Assembly (NCBI GenBank): GCA_016208965.1
Contig: JACQXB010000022.1
Span: 4,506 to 68,505, forward strand
From: Nitrospirota bacterium
Lineage (GTDB): Bacteria; Nitrospirota; Thermodesulfovibrionia; UBA6902; DSMQ01
Direction of reading: 5' to 3'
Length of the DNA: 64,000 nucleotides
Shown piece by piece: positions 18,717 through 28,602 of the stretch (positions within the stretch are counted from its first letter, which is position 1; each line of letters starts with the position of its first letter). The position numbers and the translations under genes are program-made. The notes under the pieces are model-generated. The model ran no database searches and was not told where the DNA came from. It saw only the letters and a list, made by a program, of their open reading frames with translations.

Positions 18717-19721
18717 TCACCACCACGCTTTAAACGGGGCATACACATCATCACCGATTAGATGTTTTATTAGCTTATAGCACTCAAGCCTGATGAGCGT
18801 CCTGTATGAGACATTCCTCTTGAGCTTCCGGTGCTTTATGGTTGTTGTAAGCTTCTGGTCAAATTCCTTGAGAAATTTCTTTCTGCCGCTTTCGTTCATG
18901 TAGCAATAGCTAACATCCTCCTCAAAATCATCAAGGTTTATCATATTATTATTCACAAGCTTAAAAATAATCGGGTCTGCAATCAGCGGCTTGAATATCT
19001 CGGCAATATCAAGGCTCAGGGAATATCGCCTCTCCCTCGGCTCGTGTAAATAGCTTATTGTTGGATTAAGCTGCGTGTGATATATCTCTGAAAGTACTGT
19101 TGAGTAAATCATAGAATTACCAAAAGATATGAGGGCATTAACAGGATTAGTAGGTGGTCTTTTCTCCCTTCTCTCCATAACAAAATCCTCTTTTAAAACC
19201 ACATTGAATGCCTGATAATATGCGTCTCGCGCCCTGCCCTCGCATCCCATAAGCTCATTGATAGTCTTTGCTTCGGATGCATTAGCAAGTTCGTCTTTTA
19301 TCTTCTCCTGAAACTCCAGAGTATCTTTATATTCTCTCAGATTCCTGAGCATGTGAAATAGCGCGCCTTCAACAAATGAAAAGGCAACGAAGAAGCGAAG
19401 TTCAGGGTCAAGATAATGCTCCACCTGTCTCACTGTTAACTCTCCTGATACATTTCTATCGCGGGGCATGAAGCTTCCAGCGTAAAATCCGTAATAGTTA
19501 TAAACATGCATGGTCTTGTTCTGTTGGGAGAGGAAATTCAGGAGCTTTGTGTTAAGGTCAACTTCTCCGTAAAGGTGAATGGTATCTATGTCCTCAACTG
19601 GAATCGCCTTTTTGTCACCGTTTTCATTCTCTATATAAACGGTGTTTTCTTTTCGTTTAATCCTGCCGTTTGAGAATATGTAATATGGCCTGCTCATAGT
19701 TCTATCCCCAGCAGAATTCAT
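18717..19721 (-). CDS. cas1: CRISPR-associated endonuclease Cas1
   Basis: GCEGRARDAYYQAF, KRPPTNPVNALISFGNSMIY, YLHEPRERRYSLSLDIAEIFKPLIADPII. The alternative start MSRPYYIF is at 19697. Confidence 0.9.
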   Translation of the reverse strand: MNSAGDRTMSRPYYIFSNGRIKRKENTVYIENENGDKKAIPVEDIDTIHLYGEVDLNTKLLNFLSQQNKTMHVYNYYGFYAGSFMPRDRNVSGELTVRQVEHYLDPELRFFVAFSFVEGALFHMLRNLREYKDTLEFQEKIKDELANASEAKTINELMGCEGRARDAYYQAFNVVLKEDFVMERREKRPPTNPVNALISFGNSMIYSTVLSEIYHTQLNPTISYLHEPRERRYSLSLDIAEIFKPLIADPIIFKLVNNNMINLDDFEEDVSYCYMNESGRKKFLKEFDQKLTTTIKHRKLKRNVSYRTLIRLECYKLIKHLIGDDVYAPFKAWW

Positions 19722-20217
19722 AATATGCGCACTTAGTGCAGTAAGGTTTTCTCAGCAACTGCGGCGGCTTATCCATGCTCAAAATCTCCTGCACTCGTAT
19801 TAGCGCCGTCTCAACCTCTCTTTGGGTTTCAGGGCTAAGCATAATCTCTTCGCGCTTCCGCATCTTAGGATAATTTATAACGCCTCTCTTTTCAATGCCC
19901 AGTTGCTTGAGATAGTAGAGGTAATATAGCAGTTGAATCCTGTCCGCATGATGCATCCTGTTGCTGTATTTTACTTCCCTTATCTCATCATCGCCGACAA
20001 TATCAATATTGATGAGGTTGTCAATAAGCACCTCTTTCTTATCTTCCCTCGGATACGAACTTTCGCCGAGCAGTTTCCCCATCAAGACTTTATCTGACTT
20101 AGACTCCATCTGTATGCCCCTGTCAAAAAGCCATAATTTCCGCTCGCACACATAGAGGTAGTTGACTTTGATGCCCGTAGTTTTAAGGGATTGGAAGTCT
20201 ATTTCGGCGACAATCAT
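19702..20217 (-). CDS. cas4: CRISPR-associated exonuclease Cas4 (RecB-like, 4-Cys)
   Basis: An N-terminal Cys (YLYVCERKLW), the C-terminal CTKCAYYEFC cluster, and the nuclease core IDIVGDD..EVKY. Confidence 0.85.
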   Translation of the reverse strand: MIVAEIDFQSLKTTGIKVNYLYVCERKLWLFDRGIQMESKSDKVLMGKLLGESSYPREDKKEVLIDNLINIDIVGDDEIREVKYSNRMHHADRIQLLYYLYYLKQLGIEKRGVINYPKMRKREEIMLSPETQREVETALIRVQEILSMDKPPQLLRKPYCTKCAYYEFCWG

Positions 20218-21506
20218 AAGGCAAGAAAGAATTTATAAGCAGGCATGACATTGACTGTAACGCCTTGCTCGTTCAGAGTCTCTTCTTCCGAAAAGGTAAT
20301 CACATAGCCGCTCTTTACCGAAAATCGTCTGCACGCCTCAACCAGACCTTCAATTTCACGCTTTCGCGTCCCGCTGTCTGCAATACTATAAGCGACCTGA
20401 ATAACGCTCTTTATACCTGACTTTTCCATAACAATGAAATCGCATTCCCGTTTGCTCTTATAAAAAAAGACCAAGTTGCCGCTTTTATGCAGTTCCATAA
20501 AAACTGAGTTTTCAAGCAGCTTTCCATAATCCCGTGAGAACTTGAAGGTAACGGCATTTAATAATCCGTTATCAACCGCATATACCTTTTTTTCGGACAA
20601 CTCCCGCTTCAAAACCGATTCACTCTGTTTATTTACCGTACGGAAGAGATAAATAGCCTCTGCCGCATCGAGATATTCGTAAAGAAAGTTTTTGCCGGTT
20701 TTGTAGCCCTGCGATTTGAGCTCGTTATAAATGTTATTGACAGACAGGGGACTGGTTATATTTTCAAAGACCCGTTTGAGAAAATATTTCAGCACAGGGA
20801 TATTGGTTATACCGAACCTCTCCACCATGTCGCGGTAAAGCATGACATCGAAATATTCCTGCAAGACCTTATTTTTTAACGATGCGTCTTTAAAAACAAT
20901 TATCTCGGGGAATCCTCCTTCAAAGAGAAATCGCTCAAAAAGGTTTGCTATCTTCGACCTGCTCTTTGAATGATACAAATCAATCCCTGCATCATGAAAC
21001 CGCAGATATTCCATAAACGACAGGGGAAAGACCTCGCAAGTGAGCGTCCTCCCTCTCAATGATGTCGCTATCTCCCTGCTTAAAAGACGCGAGTTTGAGC
21101 CGGTAACGAAAATATTCTTCGACACCGTGTCGTACATCCTTCTGACAAACTTTTCCCATCCCTCCACATTCTGGATTTCATCAAAGAAAATGCAGCATTC
21201 AGACATGGGAATATCGGGATACATCTCCCTGTATGCCTGCAATATCATGTCAAGCTCGTTCTGCTTAAAATCAAGCCGTTCGTCTTCAAAATTAATATAG
21301 AGCATTTTTTCTTTGCAGATGCCGGCGGAAAGCAGCAGCTTCATGGTCTCAAAAAGCATATAAGTCTTGCCGCTCCGCCTCACGCCGGAAAGCGTGATCA
21401 CCTTGCCGGTATTGAGTGGAATAGTCAAATCCCTTTTCCTGCTCTCCGGCTGCGTTCCCTTGTGGAAGTCCCTGATAACCTCTTTAAGTATTTCTTTCTT
21501 TATCAT
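20214..21506 (-). CDS. AAA+ ATPase of the COG1373 type (AAA_14 plus DUF4143-like C-terminal nuclease-fold domain), embedded in the cas operon
   Basis: Walker A GVRRSGKT, Walker B IFFDEIQ, C-terminal ECDFIV...IQVAY. Its stop overlaps the cas4 start by 4 nt. Confidence 0.8.
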   Translation of the reverse strand: MIKKEILKEVIRDFHKGTQPESRKRDLTIPLNTGKVITLSGVRRSGKTYMLFETMKLLLSAGICKEKMLYINFEDERLDFKQNELDMILQAYREMYPDIPMSECCIFFDEIQNVEGWEKFVRRMYDTVSKNIFVTGSNSRLLSREIATSLRGRTLTCEVFPLSFMEYLRFHDAGIDLYHSKSRSKIANLFERFLFEGGFPEIIVFKDASLKNKVLQEYFDVMLYRDMVERFGITNIPVLKYFLKRVFENITSPLSVNNIYNELKSQGYKTGKNFLYEYLDAAEAIYLFRTVNKQSESVLKRELSEKKVYAVDNGLLNAVTFKFSRDYGKLLENSVFMELHKSGNLVFFYKSKRECDFIVMEKSGIKSVIQVAYSIADSGTRKREIEGLVEACRRFSVKSGYVITFSEEETLNEQGVTVNVMPAYKFFLAL

Positions 21507-21557
21507 AAGGAAAGTTTAGCAGATTTTTTCTTTTTTTGGAAGAAAGAATTAATGTTT

Positions 21558-21692
21558 TCAATTCATCCCGCATAAAAACCCCTCAAGCTCCGTAAGAGTA
21601 AGGGCATCTTCCTTGTTATCCGCAAGCTCAAGAATCTGCATGAGTTGTTCTTTTTGTTGCTTGGTAAGGATTTGAGTTGAAGTTTTCTGCAT
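21558..21692 (-). other. 44-codon ORF resembling only the N-terminus of UPF0149/YgfB-SEC-C type proteins; probably a gene remnant
   Basis: My translation: MQKTSTQILTKQQKEQLMQILELADNKEDALTLTELEGFLCGMN*. It is below the ORF-track size cut-off and the similarity is from memory only. Confidence 0.2.
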
Positions 21693-21778
21693 AAAATCGC
21701 CTTTCCCTCGCCCCTACCACCTCAATAAGTCGGTAGAGAAACTTAGGGTTATTGACGGATTTGAGGATAAGGGGATGG

Positions 21779-23980
21779 TCATGCAAAATTTGACGGTAGA
21801 TTTCTCAAATTCAAACCAGTGTCGGAATTATATTCCAGCTTGCAAAGAAATAATCCATATTTCGTTTCTTCAAAATGACTACGATATTTCAAAACACTAT
21901 ATAACGGAACAGAAAGGACTTTGCCTTTTATCTCATTTAAAAATACCATCTTCTCTATTCTATCTTTCCATTTGTAATTGCCTTTGAGCTTATCAATTTC
22001 TGTATCTGTTAGTTTTGACTGCGGAATAGCACTAAGGGAAATCCCGGAATCTCTTAAAAATCTGCTCACTTCATTATCCCCTATGGTCTCAAGCATAGTA
22101 AGGTCAGAACTTAAAAAAGCACTTATAATACCTTTAGCCCTTTCTTTGTCTGCCTCAACTTTTTTATTGCTCCAGAAGGTTTTAAAATAAATGTTTAGCA
22201 TTTCTCTTTTCTTTTTTATATCCACAATGTCTTTTCCAACGATTACCTTCAAACTTTCCTTTATAGCAAATTCGCCATAAGGAAAAAACATCTCTTTTCC
22301 ACCCTCATTAATCAGCTTTGAATATATAAAGACTTTTCCAGCCCCTTGACGTTTACGGTAGCACCTTCCCATCCGCTGAATTAAAACATTCAAGGGAGCA
22401 GCCTCGGTGATTAGAACATCAAAATCTAAGTCCAGAGATACCTCAACCACCTGAGTGGTAATCCAGATGCCTACATTCTTACCAGTTGAGTCGGTCTTTG
22501 TAATCTCAATCTCTTTATTCTCTCTGTCGTCAAAGGCAAACAGAGAATGATACAGTTTTGGTGAAAAAGTCCTTAATTTTTCATAAACAGACACGGCCTT
22601 TTTTATCGTATTGCATACTATAAGCATGCTGCTATTTTCAGGCAGTTTTTTGATAATTGTTTCGCATTCGCTAATATCGTTGTTGATGATAGTTATTTCA
22701 TGTCGAGCATCATTTTTCATTTCCAGATCGTTCCAGCCCGGTACATATTTTTCTGAAGCGACATCCGTAAACTCTTCCTGTAATATGTCTGGAATTGTGG
22801 CAGACATTATTAAAGGCGTTATATTGAAATCTTTTGCAACTTTCAGACTTTGCTTTAAAATCTCAATGGTATAAGGAGAATATGAATCTATCTCATCCAG
22901 AATCAGATTTGAACCATATAGCCCCATAAGAACCTTCTCATACTGATGAACTCTGAGGGCAAAAGAGAAAATCTGGTCAATTGTTGTTACAAGGACAGGT
23001 TTCATTAAGTTTTTATTCAGTGTTATTTCGTGAATGCTTTCTTCTACTGCTTCTGCCTCACCATATTCTTTTTTTAGCGTTGAATAGATAAACCTGCCTG
23101 CCTCACCATGCAGAATTCCCACATCGTTACCGTAATACTTTTTTAATTTATTGAATGCAGCGTTTACCGACGCTCTTGTAGGCAGAGTAAAAATAATCTT
23201 ACCTTTTCTGCTTCCGGCCCAGCACAAAGCAGCCTCTGTCTTTCCACTTCCGGTGGGAGCAATAAGGATTAGAGAGTCCCGACCTTTCAGATTTTTCTGA
23301 AACTTTTTAGGCTTGATGTGTTCTGTTAACCTGTTGTAACCCTCAGCATTCAGATAGACCTTTGTATCTTCATCTATTCCCGCAGATGAGATATGGTCAG
23401 CCCTGTGCAAGATACCCTTTAGACAGACAAGTTCTTTATTAAATGGCTCTAAGTCAAAAATAATTTTCTGTATTTTGTCTATGATGCTGAAATCAATTTT
23501 TGGCGTCCACTCCATTTTAAAATGTTCTTTGAATAAAGAAGTCATCGGTTCAAGGAGATGTGATCTATTTAAGTGTATGTCTATTAGTTCATCTTCAAGT
23601 CCATTGTCTCCGCTTCTTTTAGAACCACTTATAAAATCATTCATTTCAAGAAAATTTTTATGATGAAATCCTACGGAATAAATTATTTTGTTCATCCATG
23701 TATCTGAAAATGATATTTTTTCAAAAATTGACGGCAGGAAAGCAATTGAGATCAGGTTGTGAGGAATGTATCTCTTTACACCAGACAAAGACTCCTGAAA
23801 GGTCTTTGAAACCTTGCCTAAATCATGGGCAAAGCAGCAAAACATAACGGCCTTTTCCAAATTGCCATCAATAGCAAGCCCTTGTGAATTAAATTGGGAA
23901 ACCTCACGTTTGGCACGCTCCATAACTTCCAGTGTGTGCTCATGAAGTTCTTTTTCTGGATTGCTCTTAGCTAATATCAT
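21779..23980 (-). CDS. cas3: Cas3, fused HD nuclease and DExD/H helicase (type I signature)
   Basis: HD region HTLEV...FAHDLGKVS...FHHKNF. Helicase motif I IAPTGSGKTEAAL and motif II LDEIDSY. Confidence 0.9.
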   Translation of the reverse strand: MILAKSNPEKELHEHTLEVMERAKREVSQFNSQGLAIDGNLEKAVMFCCFAHDLGKVSKTFQESLSGVKRYIPHNLISIAFLPSIFEKISFSDTWMNKIIYSVGFHHKNFLEMNDFISGSKRSGDNGLEDELIDIHLNRSHLLEPMTSLFKEHFKMEWTPKIDFSIIDKIQKIIFDLEPFNKELVCLKGILHRADHISSAGIDEDTKVYLNAEGYNRLTEHIKPKKFQKNLKGRDSLILIAPTGSGKTEAALCWAGSRKGKIIFTLPTRASVNAAFNKLKKYYGNDVGILHGEAGRFIYSTLKKEYGEAEAVEESIHEITLNKNLMKPVLVTTIDQIFSFALRVHQYEKVLMGLYGSNLILDEIDSYSPYTIEILKQSLKVAKDFNITPLIMSATIPDILQEEFTDVASEKYVPGWNDLEMKNDARHEITIINNDISECETIIKKLPENSSMLIVCNTIKKAVSVYEKLRTFSPKLYHSLFAFDDRENKEIEITKTDSTGKNVGIWITTQVVEVSLDLDFDVLITEAAPLNVLIQRMGRCYRKRQGAGKVFIYSKLINEGGKEMFFPYGEFAIKESLKVIVGKDIVDIKKKREMLNIYFKTFWSNKKVEADKERAKGIISAFLSSDLTMLETIGDNEVSRFLRDSGISLSAIPQSKLTDTEIDKLKGNYKWKDRIEKMVFLNEIKGKVLSVPLYSVLKYRSHFEETKYGLFLCKLEYNSDTGLNLRNLPSNFA

Positions 23981-24708
23981 TACGGATTCCTCAGGACTTT
24001 TGGGAAATTTCCCTCAGCGGTATCCTTATATTCCAGCAGCCATAAAAACCTATCCTCATCGCTTGCTTCCCAGTATTCACCCTCATAATATGAGACAGCT
24101 TCCTGAATGTAGTAAAGCCGTTCCATCTTTAAATTTCTGTCTTTATTAAGATGACATATCGGCAAAAACATGGAGGCTGCTCCATACACTTCCTTGGGCA
24201 GATAAGAATTTTCAATCTTTACCTTATCGAATTTCCTTGCTTCCTTTCTCTCAACATTAATAGAAGAAGCCTTTATCATTGCTAAATCTTCGCTTCTGCC
24301 AAGAGAAACAAAGCCTTCAGGATTATTAAGTTTTGAAAGATAGAGATTGTGATATTCAGGGGAATACAGGTAAACAGTATAGCAGGGCTTATAAAGCACT
24401 TTTACATAAAGAGGCTTGGTTTCTACTGAACGGTTTACAATTTTTTCTATCCACAGTTCTTTTTTAGAATCTGAAGCTACTGTCCCGCCCAAAAAGGTTC
24501 TATAATCAAAAAAAATTCCTTCAAAGTTTCCTTTTATCGCAATGGTTAAAGGCTCTGGCGGTCTTTCTCCGAGAATTTCCCTTAACACTCCAAGCAAAGT
24601 AGAAGGTGGTGGCAAGGGATAGGAATCACAAAAGTTCTGATTGCCGTATATCCTGAAATGGGCCGTTTGCCCCCATACATTTATTTTGATGACTTCTTTG
24701 CTGTCCAT
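23980..24708 (-). CDS. cas5: Cas5 (type I-B/Cas5t-like)
   Basis: IKINVWGQTAHFRI...YPLPPPSTLLGVLREILG, the typical Cas5 N-terminus. Position is between cas7 and cas3. Confidence 0.8.
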   Translation of the reverse strand: MDSKEVIKINVWGQTAHFRIYGNQNFCDSYPLPPPSTLLGVLREILGERPPEPLTIAIKGNFEGIFFDYRTFLGGTVASDSKKELWIEKIVNRSVETKPLYVKVLYKPCYTVYLYSPEYHNLYLSKLNNPEGFVSLGRSEDLAMIKASSINVERKEARKFDKVKIENSYLPKEVYGAASMFLPICHLNKDRNLKMERLYYIQEAVSYYEGEYWEASDEDRFLWLLEYKDTAEGNFPKVLRNP

Positions 24709-25625
24709 ATTTTATCCTTATTTTTTCCTATGAAATCTGCAAGGCTGTCAATTGCTTTCTTTGGCAGCATAGCGTTCACATTTACCTTTCCATTCAGAGG
24801 AAATCCTTCATGCAAGCCAAAGACAAGCATGTTTTTATCATCTGATTTAAGACTGTATTCTTCAATAATGTCATTTACAGCCTTTGCCCCGACAGTATGC
24901 TTGCTTTTGTCCCATACAATAGAGTCAATGAAATAAGGAAATTTCTTTTCAAAGACTCCGCCCACAATCAGATGCGGTCTTAAAGTGCCGACTAAAGCTC
25001 CATTTCTGTGGATGGCAATATATGGTATCGCCTCCAAAATCGCCTGAACCCGTTTTAATTTATCATCTTGATTAGCCTCGTTAATCTTTTTATTTTTATC
25101 TTCATTCTCCTCTCTGCCAATCCGCTGCAAATCGAGATTCAAGGTATAGACGAAATAATTCATGTCTATTTCTCTTTGGAAAATCATCTGCCCTCGGTTG
25201 TCTTCAGCCTCAGATAGTTCAACCAAACCGAGATTGCTACGATAATCAAGGCAGTTTTTGAAATCCATTAAACCAACAGCATAGGATACACCGAGAGGAG
25301 ATTTTCTCTTTCTCGACTCATCGGTAAAAAGATAACCAAAAACATCCGCATGAGGATCAGCATCGGCATAACCTATCATCTGTATTGGATCTTTTTTGCC
25401 TTTTTCAGGAATTTTTATGTTCTTTTTATCTTCTAATTTCCATCCCTTTTCTCTCACAAAATATTCCATCAAAGGCTGTTTTAAAATTGCACTCGGTGAA
25501 AGATAGGCAAAGTCACCCATTGCTGTTGGCAATACCTTCATTGGATTGATATTCCCTCCGAGACCCTCGCCCATTGATGGAGTTCCTGTAAATTTAACAA
25601 CCATTGTTAATGTTAATCCCTTCAT
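24681..25625 (-). CDS. cas7: Cas7 (Cst2/DevR/Csa2-like backbone subunit)
   Basis: Position between cas8 and cas5, size of 314 aa, and RAMP-like features (GGNINPMK, DVFGYLF). Family assignment is by eye only. Confidence 0.7.
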   Translation of the reverse strand: MKGLTLTMVVKFTGTPSMGEGLGGNINPMKVLPTAMGDFAYLSPSAILKQPLMEYFVREKGWKLEDKKNIKIPEKGKKDPIQMIGYADADPHADVFGYLFTDESRKRKSPLGVSYAVGLMDFKNCLDYRSNLGLVELSEAEDNRGQMIFQREIDMNYFVYTLNLDLQRIGREENEDKNKKINEANQDDKLKRVQAILEAIPYIAIHRNGALVGTLRPHLIVGGVFEKKFPYFIDSIVWDKSKHTVGAKAVNDIIEEYSLKSDDKNMLVFGLHEGFPLNGKVNVNAMLPKKAIDSLADFIGKNKDKIWTAKKSSK

Positions 25626-25628
25626 TTT

Positions 25629-26756
25629 CTATCCCTCCTTCCTGATCGTATTCATTATGCCCATAATAAATGCCAGAGCGTTTTCTTCGTTTTCTGTTAT
25701 TTGTGTCAACTCCAAAGGCATAGGTTCTTTTAAATAGATGTAAGTACCTATTAATTGCTTTTGAAGTTGAGTAGAATCTTTCTGTGATTTATACAGCTTC
25801 AAGGCAACAGAATATGCCTTATCTCCGAGATTATTTCCCAGCGATCTGCCGAGTTCAAAAAATTTCTTTGTCATGCCAATACCTCCTTTATAGGCTTTAA
25901 CAAAAGCATAGAATGCTGTAATGACCTCGCTTAAGTACAATTTAGACTGTCCCTTAAGCAGATCTGATAGCAGTTTTGCTCCTGAGTTATCCTTATATTT
26001 CTCAACAACTCCTAATATATACTGCTCTTTGCCTTTTGTTCTTAATAAACCGGACAGATTCATTAACATCAGAGATGCCTTCGGCAGAAGTGGACGCAAA
26101 TCAAAACCTGAAATATTTTCCTGATTGTCAAATTCAGGATAAATAAGCATACTCCCAAGAGAAAGAAAGACTGATGATGCCCTCTCAAAGTTTAAATTCA
26201 GGTCTTTTCTCAAAAAAAGATTATCAAGAAGTTTCTTGTAAAGATTTAGGTCAGGATTATAGATAATAAACGGCAATCTATTTTTTAAAAATAACTCATA
26301 AGCCTTAAAAGCAGCTAGAAGTGATAGTTTCCGACAATTCAAGCATATCCTTGGAGGAATTGATCCGCCACCTGCATAAAGAGGGGAATTTTCCCAGCCT
26401 CCTGATACAATCCATTTCCGGCCAGCAATGCTATCCTTAGAGATTTCTGTTTCTGAACTGCAAAAAGTGCAATATACACCTTTTCCTTCCGATGTTGTTT
26501 TTAAAAAGTTTTTGATGTTTTTGATAGATTTTGAGATTTTCTTAGTTCTCTCCTTTTCTTTTATTGCAAAAGGATTTATGAGTGGATTGTTTTTAAGGGT
26601 TTTTTCAATAATTAACGCATAAGGATTTTCTTTTTCTAAGCCTTCTATCTTTGTATTTAGGTCGCTGATAATAAGCTTGATTGCCTGCTCATCAAATTGC
26701 GCCGTTCCAGTCAATTCAATCAGAAAAACTCTTCCTAAATCCAACCACCAATTCAT
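25629..26756 (-). CDS. cas8b: Cas8-like large subunit of the Cst1 (CXXC-CXXC) type; short at 375 aa
   Basis: Position upstream of cas7. Two CXXC pairs (YCTFCSSE ... ICLNCRKL). Confidence 0.55.
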   Translation of the reverse strand: MNWWLDLGRVFLIELTGTAQFDEQAIKLIISDLNTKIEGLEKENPYALIIEKTLKNNPLINPFAIKEKERTKKISKSIKNIKNFLKTTSEGKGVYCTFCSSETEISKDSIAGRKWIVSGGWENSPLYAGGGSIPPRICLNCRKLSLLAAFKAYELFLKNRLPFIIYNPDLNLYKKLLDNLFLRKDLNLNFERASSVFLSLGSMLIYPEFDNQENISGFDLRPLLPKASLMLMNLSGLLRTKGKEQYILGVVEKYKDNSGAKLLSDLLKGQSKLYLSEVITAFYAFVKAYKGGIGMTKKFFELGRSLGNNLGDKAYSVALKLYKSQKDSTQLQKQLIGTYIYLKEPMPLELTQITENEENALAFIMGIMNTIRKEG

Positions 26757-27301
26757 TTCCCTCCCCTCTCTCTCCCAAACCCAATCTTACCCTTCTTCGT
26801 CTCCGGCGGGGTCATCAGTTGCCTGATGGCATCAAAGACGACTTTGAACTGTGAATCATATTTCTTTTCAAGTTCATCGAGTCTCTTTGCCAATTCTTTA
26901 TTAGTAGCTATCATCTCCCGTAGTCTGACAAATGCCCTCACAATCTGAATGCTTGCCCGAACAGCAATAGGACTGTTCAGAACCGTTGCAAGCATAATTG
27001 CACCATGTTCGGTAAAAGCATATGGTAGAGTCGGCGAAAACTTGAGCTTTTTGAGGTGGTCGCAATTTGCGACCACCTCTGCTTTTTCTTTCTCAGACAG
27101 TTGAAACATAAAATCTTCAGGGAAGCGTTCAAGGTTGCGTTTCACTTGTTCATTGAGCCTCTTTGTGGTTACTCCATAAATATTTGCCAAGTCAGCATCA
27201 AGCATAATCTTATGTCCTCTTATCAGCAAAATCTTTCTTTCAATAAATTCTACAGGAACAAGCGAACCGTATTTTTCCATTGCCACCCCCATCCATTTCA
27301 A
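26753..27301 (-). CDS. ORF6N-domain (KilA-N-related DNA-binding) protein with C-terminal coiled coil, embedded in the cas operon
   Basis: [45 protein letters not shown]...PYAFTEHGAIMLATVLNS. Its stop overlaps the cst1-like start by 4 nt. Confidence 0.75.
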   Translation of the reverse strand: MKWMGVAMEKYGSLVPVEFIERKILLIRGHKIMLDADLANIYGVTTKRLNEQVKRNLERFPEDFMFQLSEKEKAEVVANCDHLKKLKFSPTLPYAFTEHGAIMLATVLNSPIAVRASIQIVRAFVRLREMIATNKELAKRLDELEKKYDSQFKVVFDAIRQLMTPPETKKGKIGFGRERGGK

Positions 27302-27321
27302 TTAATTAAATAATCCCTCAT

Positions 27322-27612
27322 TTACAGATATGCCACGCCGTTCTCTGTAAACGCATATGGTCTTTTTCTTAAGCCCATCTTGTCTTTATTGGACATCACA
27401 ATTTGTGATTTCCAATTTTCCATTTCTTCATTTGTTAACTGAAACATGAAATCTTCAGGGAAACGGGTGATATTCCTTTTCACAGCCTGATTCAATGTCC
27501 TTGTTTCCACGCCGTAGAGCCTCGCCAAATCTCTGTCCAGCATAACCTTCCTACCTCTGATTAAAAGTATTTTGTTTTCAATAACTTCCTGCGGAATTAA
27601 ATCCATGTTCAC
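27322..27612 (-). CDS. ORF6N-domain protein, truncated paralogue (96 aa)
   Basis: [45 protein letters not shown]...[12 protein letters not shown]. Its start overlaps the cas6 stop by 4 nt. Confidence 0.7.
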   Translation of the reverse strand: MNMDLIPQEVIENKILLIRGRKVMLDRDLARLYGVETRTLNQAVKRNITRFPEDFMFQLTNEEMENWKSQIVMSNKDKMGLRKRPYAFTENGVAYL

Positions 27613-28448
27613 ACCACCTCCACCATTCCGAACCCCTGCCCTGTTCTCAAGCCCATGCCTATCTGATAAAGCATCTGCAAATCGCGTGGGTCTCCCTTAA
27701 GTTTAAAGCAGCCTTCAAAGCAGGTAAGTGTCATATAGGGCTTTCCGGTCTTTTCTCTGAAGCCTTTAAGAGTATGTTTCACCACCTGTTTCTTAAGTTT
27801 GACCGGAATAAATTCCAGAGGTTGGAACAATCTTTGTCCTTTTTTGCCGTTTTCACCTCTGATGTTTTCAAGAATGCCGTTGTGGATAGCGTTGAAATGG
27901 GTGTTAAAAGTTTCTAAATCTTTATCTGAAAATCCCCCCATCCCCCCTTTTTCAAAGGGGGGCAAAACCGGCTTGCCATTTTTGTCTTCTATCGATATAG
28001 GAGAGTTCGTTTTAAATGTAACTTCATCGTTGTTGATCTTCTTTTCATTCAGCATAACTACGCGCTGCAGTTGCAGAATAATTCCATTGCCAAAGTCGAA
28101 TTCTTTCATCGACAGAAGTCCGTTATAAAGACATACCATAAACTGATATTCTGAAGAGCTTACGTAAAAAGAGAGGCTGCTGTTTTGCGGAAAATGAAAA
28201 ATCGTGTCTTCAATCTCCACGCCTTCATCAATAATGATTTTTTCTTTTTTGGCTATCCTGCCCGAAGGCATGGATACATTGAATGTAAATGGTTTAACCT
28301 TTTTTGAATATTCGGAGTCTTTGGCAGGATAAAGGTATTCTTTATACCCGGCGTCAGATTTATTCAACGCCTCTTTTATCAGGGCCATGAACCTGTGCCT
28401 GTAAAGGATCGGTAATTTATTTGTTTTAAAGGTCACTTTTATTCTCAA
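27609..28448 (-). CDS. cas6: Cas6 CRISPR RNA endoribonuclease, carrying an in-frame repeat insertion
   Basis: First gene of the operon. C-terminal Gly-rich loop [16 protein letters not shown]. Confidence 0.8.
   Translation of the reverse strand: MRIKVTFKTNKLPILYRHRFMALIKEALNKSDAGYKEYLYPAKDSEYSKKVKPFTFNVSMPSGRIAKKEKIIIDEGVEIEDTIFHFPQNSSLSFYVSSSEYQFMVCLYNGLLSMKEFDFGNGIILQLQRVVMLNEKKINNDEVTFKTNSPISIEDKNGKPVLPPFEKGGMGGFSDKDLETFNTHFNAIHNGILENIRGENGKKGQRLFQPLEFIPVKLKKQVVKHTLKGFREKTGKPYMTLTCFEGCFKLKGDPRDLQMLYQIGMGLRTGQGFGMVEVV
27928..27966. repeat. G/C-tract palindromic element inside cas6 (in-frame)
   Basis: gaaaatccccccatcccccctttttcaaaggggggcaaaac, translated on the minus strand as ...[12 protein letters not shown]... 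Confidence 0.7.
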
Positions 28449-28602
28449 AATACATTCCTCAACCTTCTCATTTTATCAAGAGGCTATAGTTTGATATTAG
28501 TTTATACTCAGGCATATATGATGTCAATTGATTATTGATTGATATTTGTGAGAAAAATCTAAAATTTTGTGATATTATTTAAATTCTTTATTTTCAAACA
28601 AT

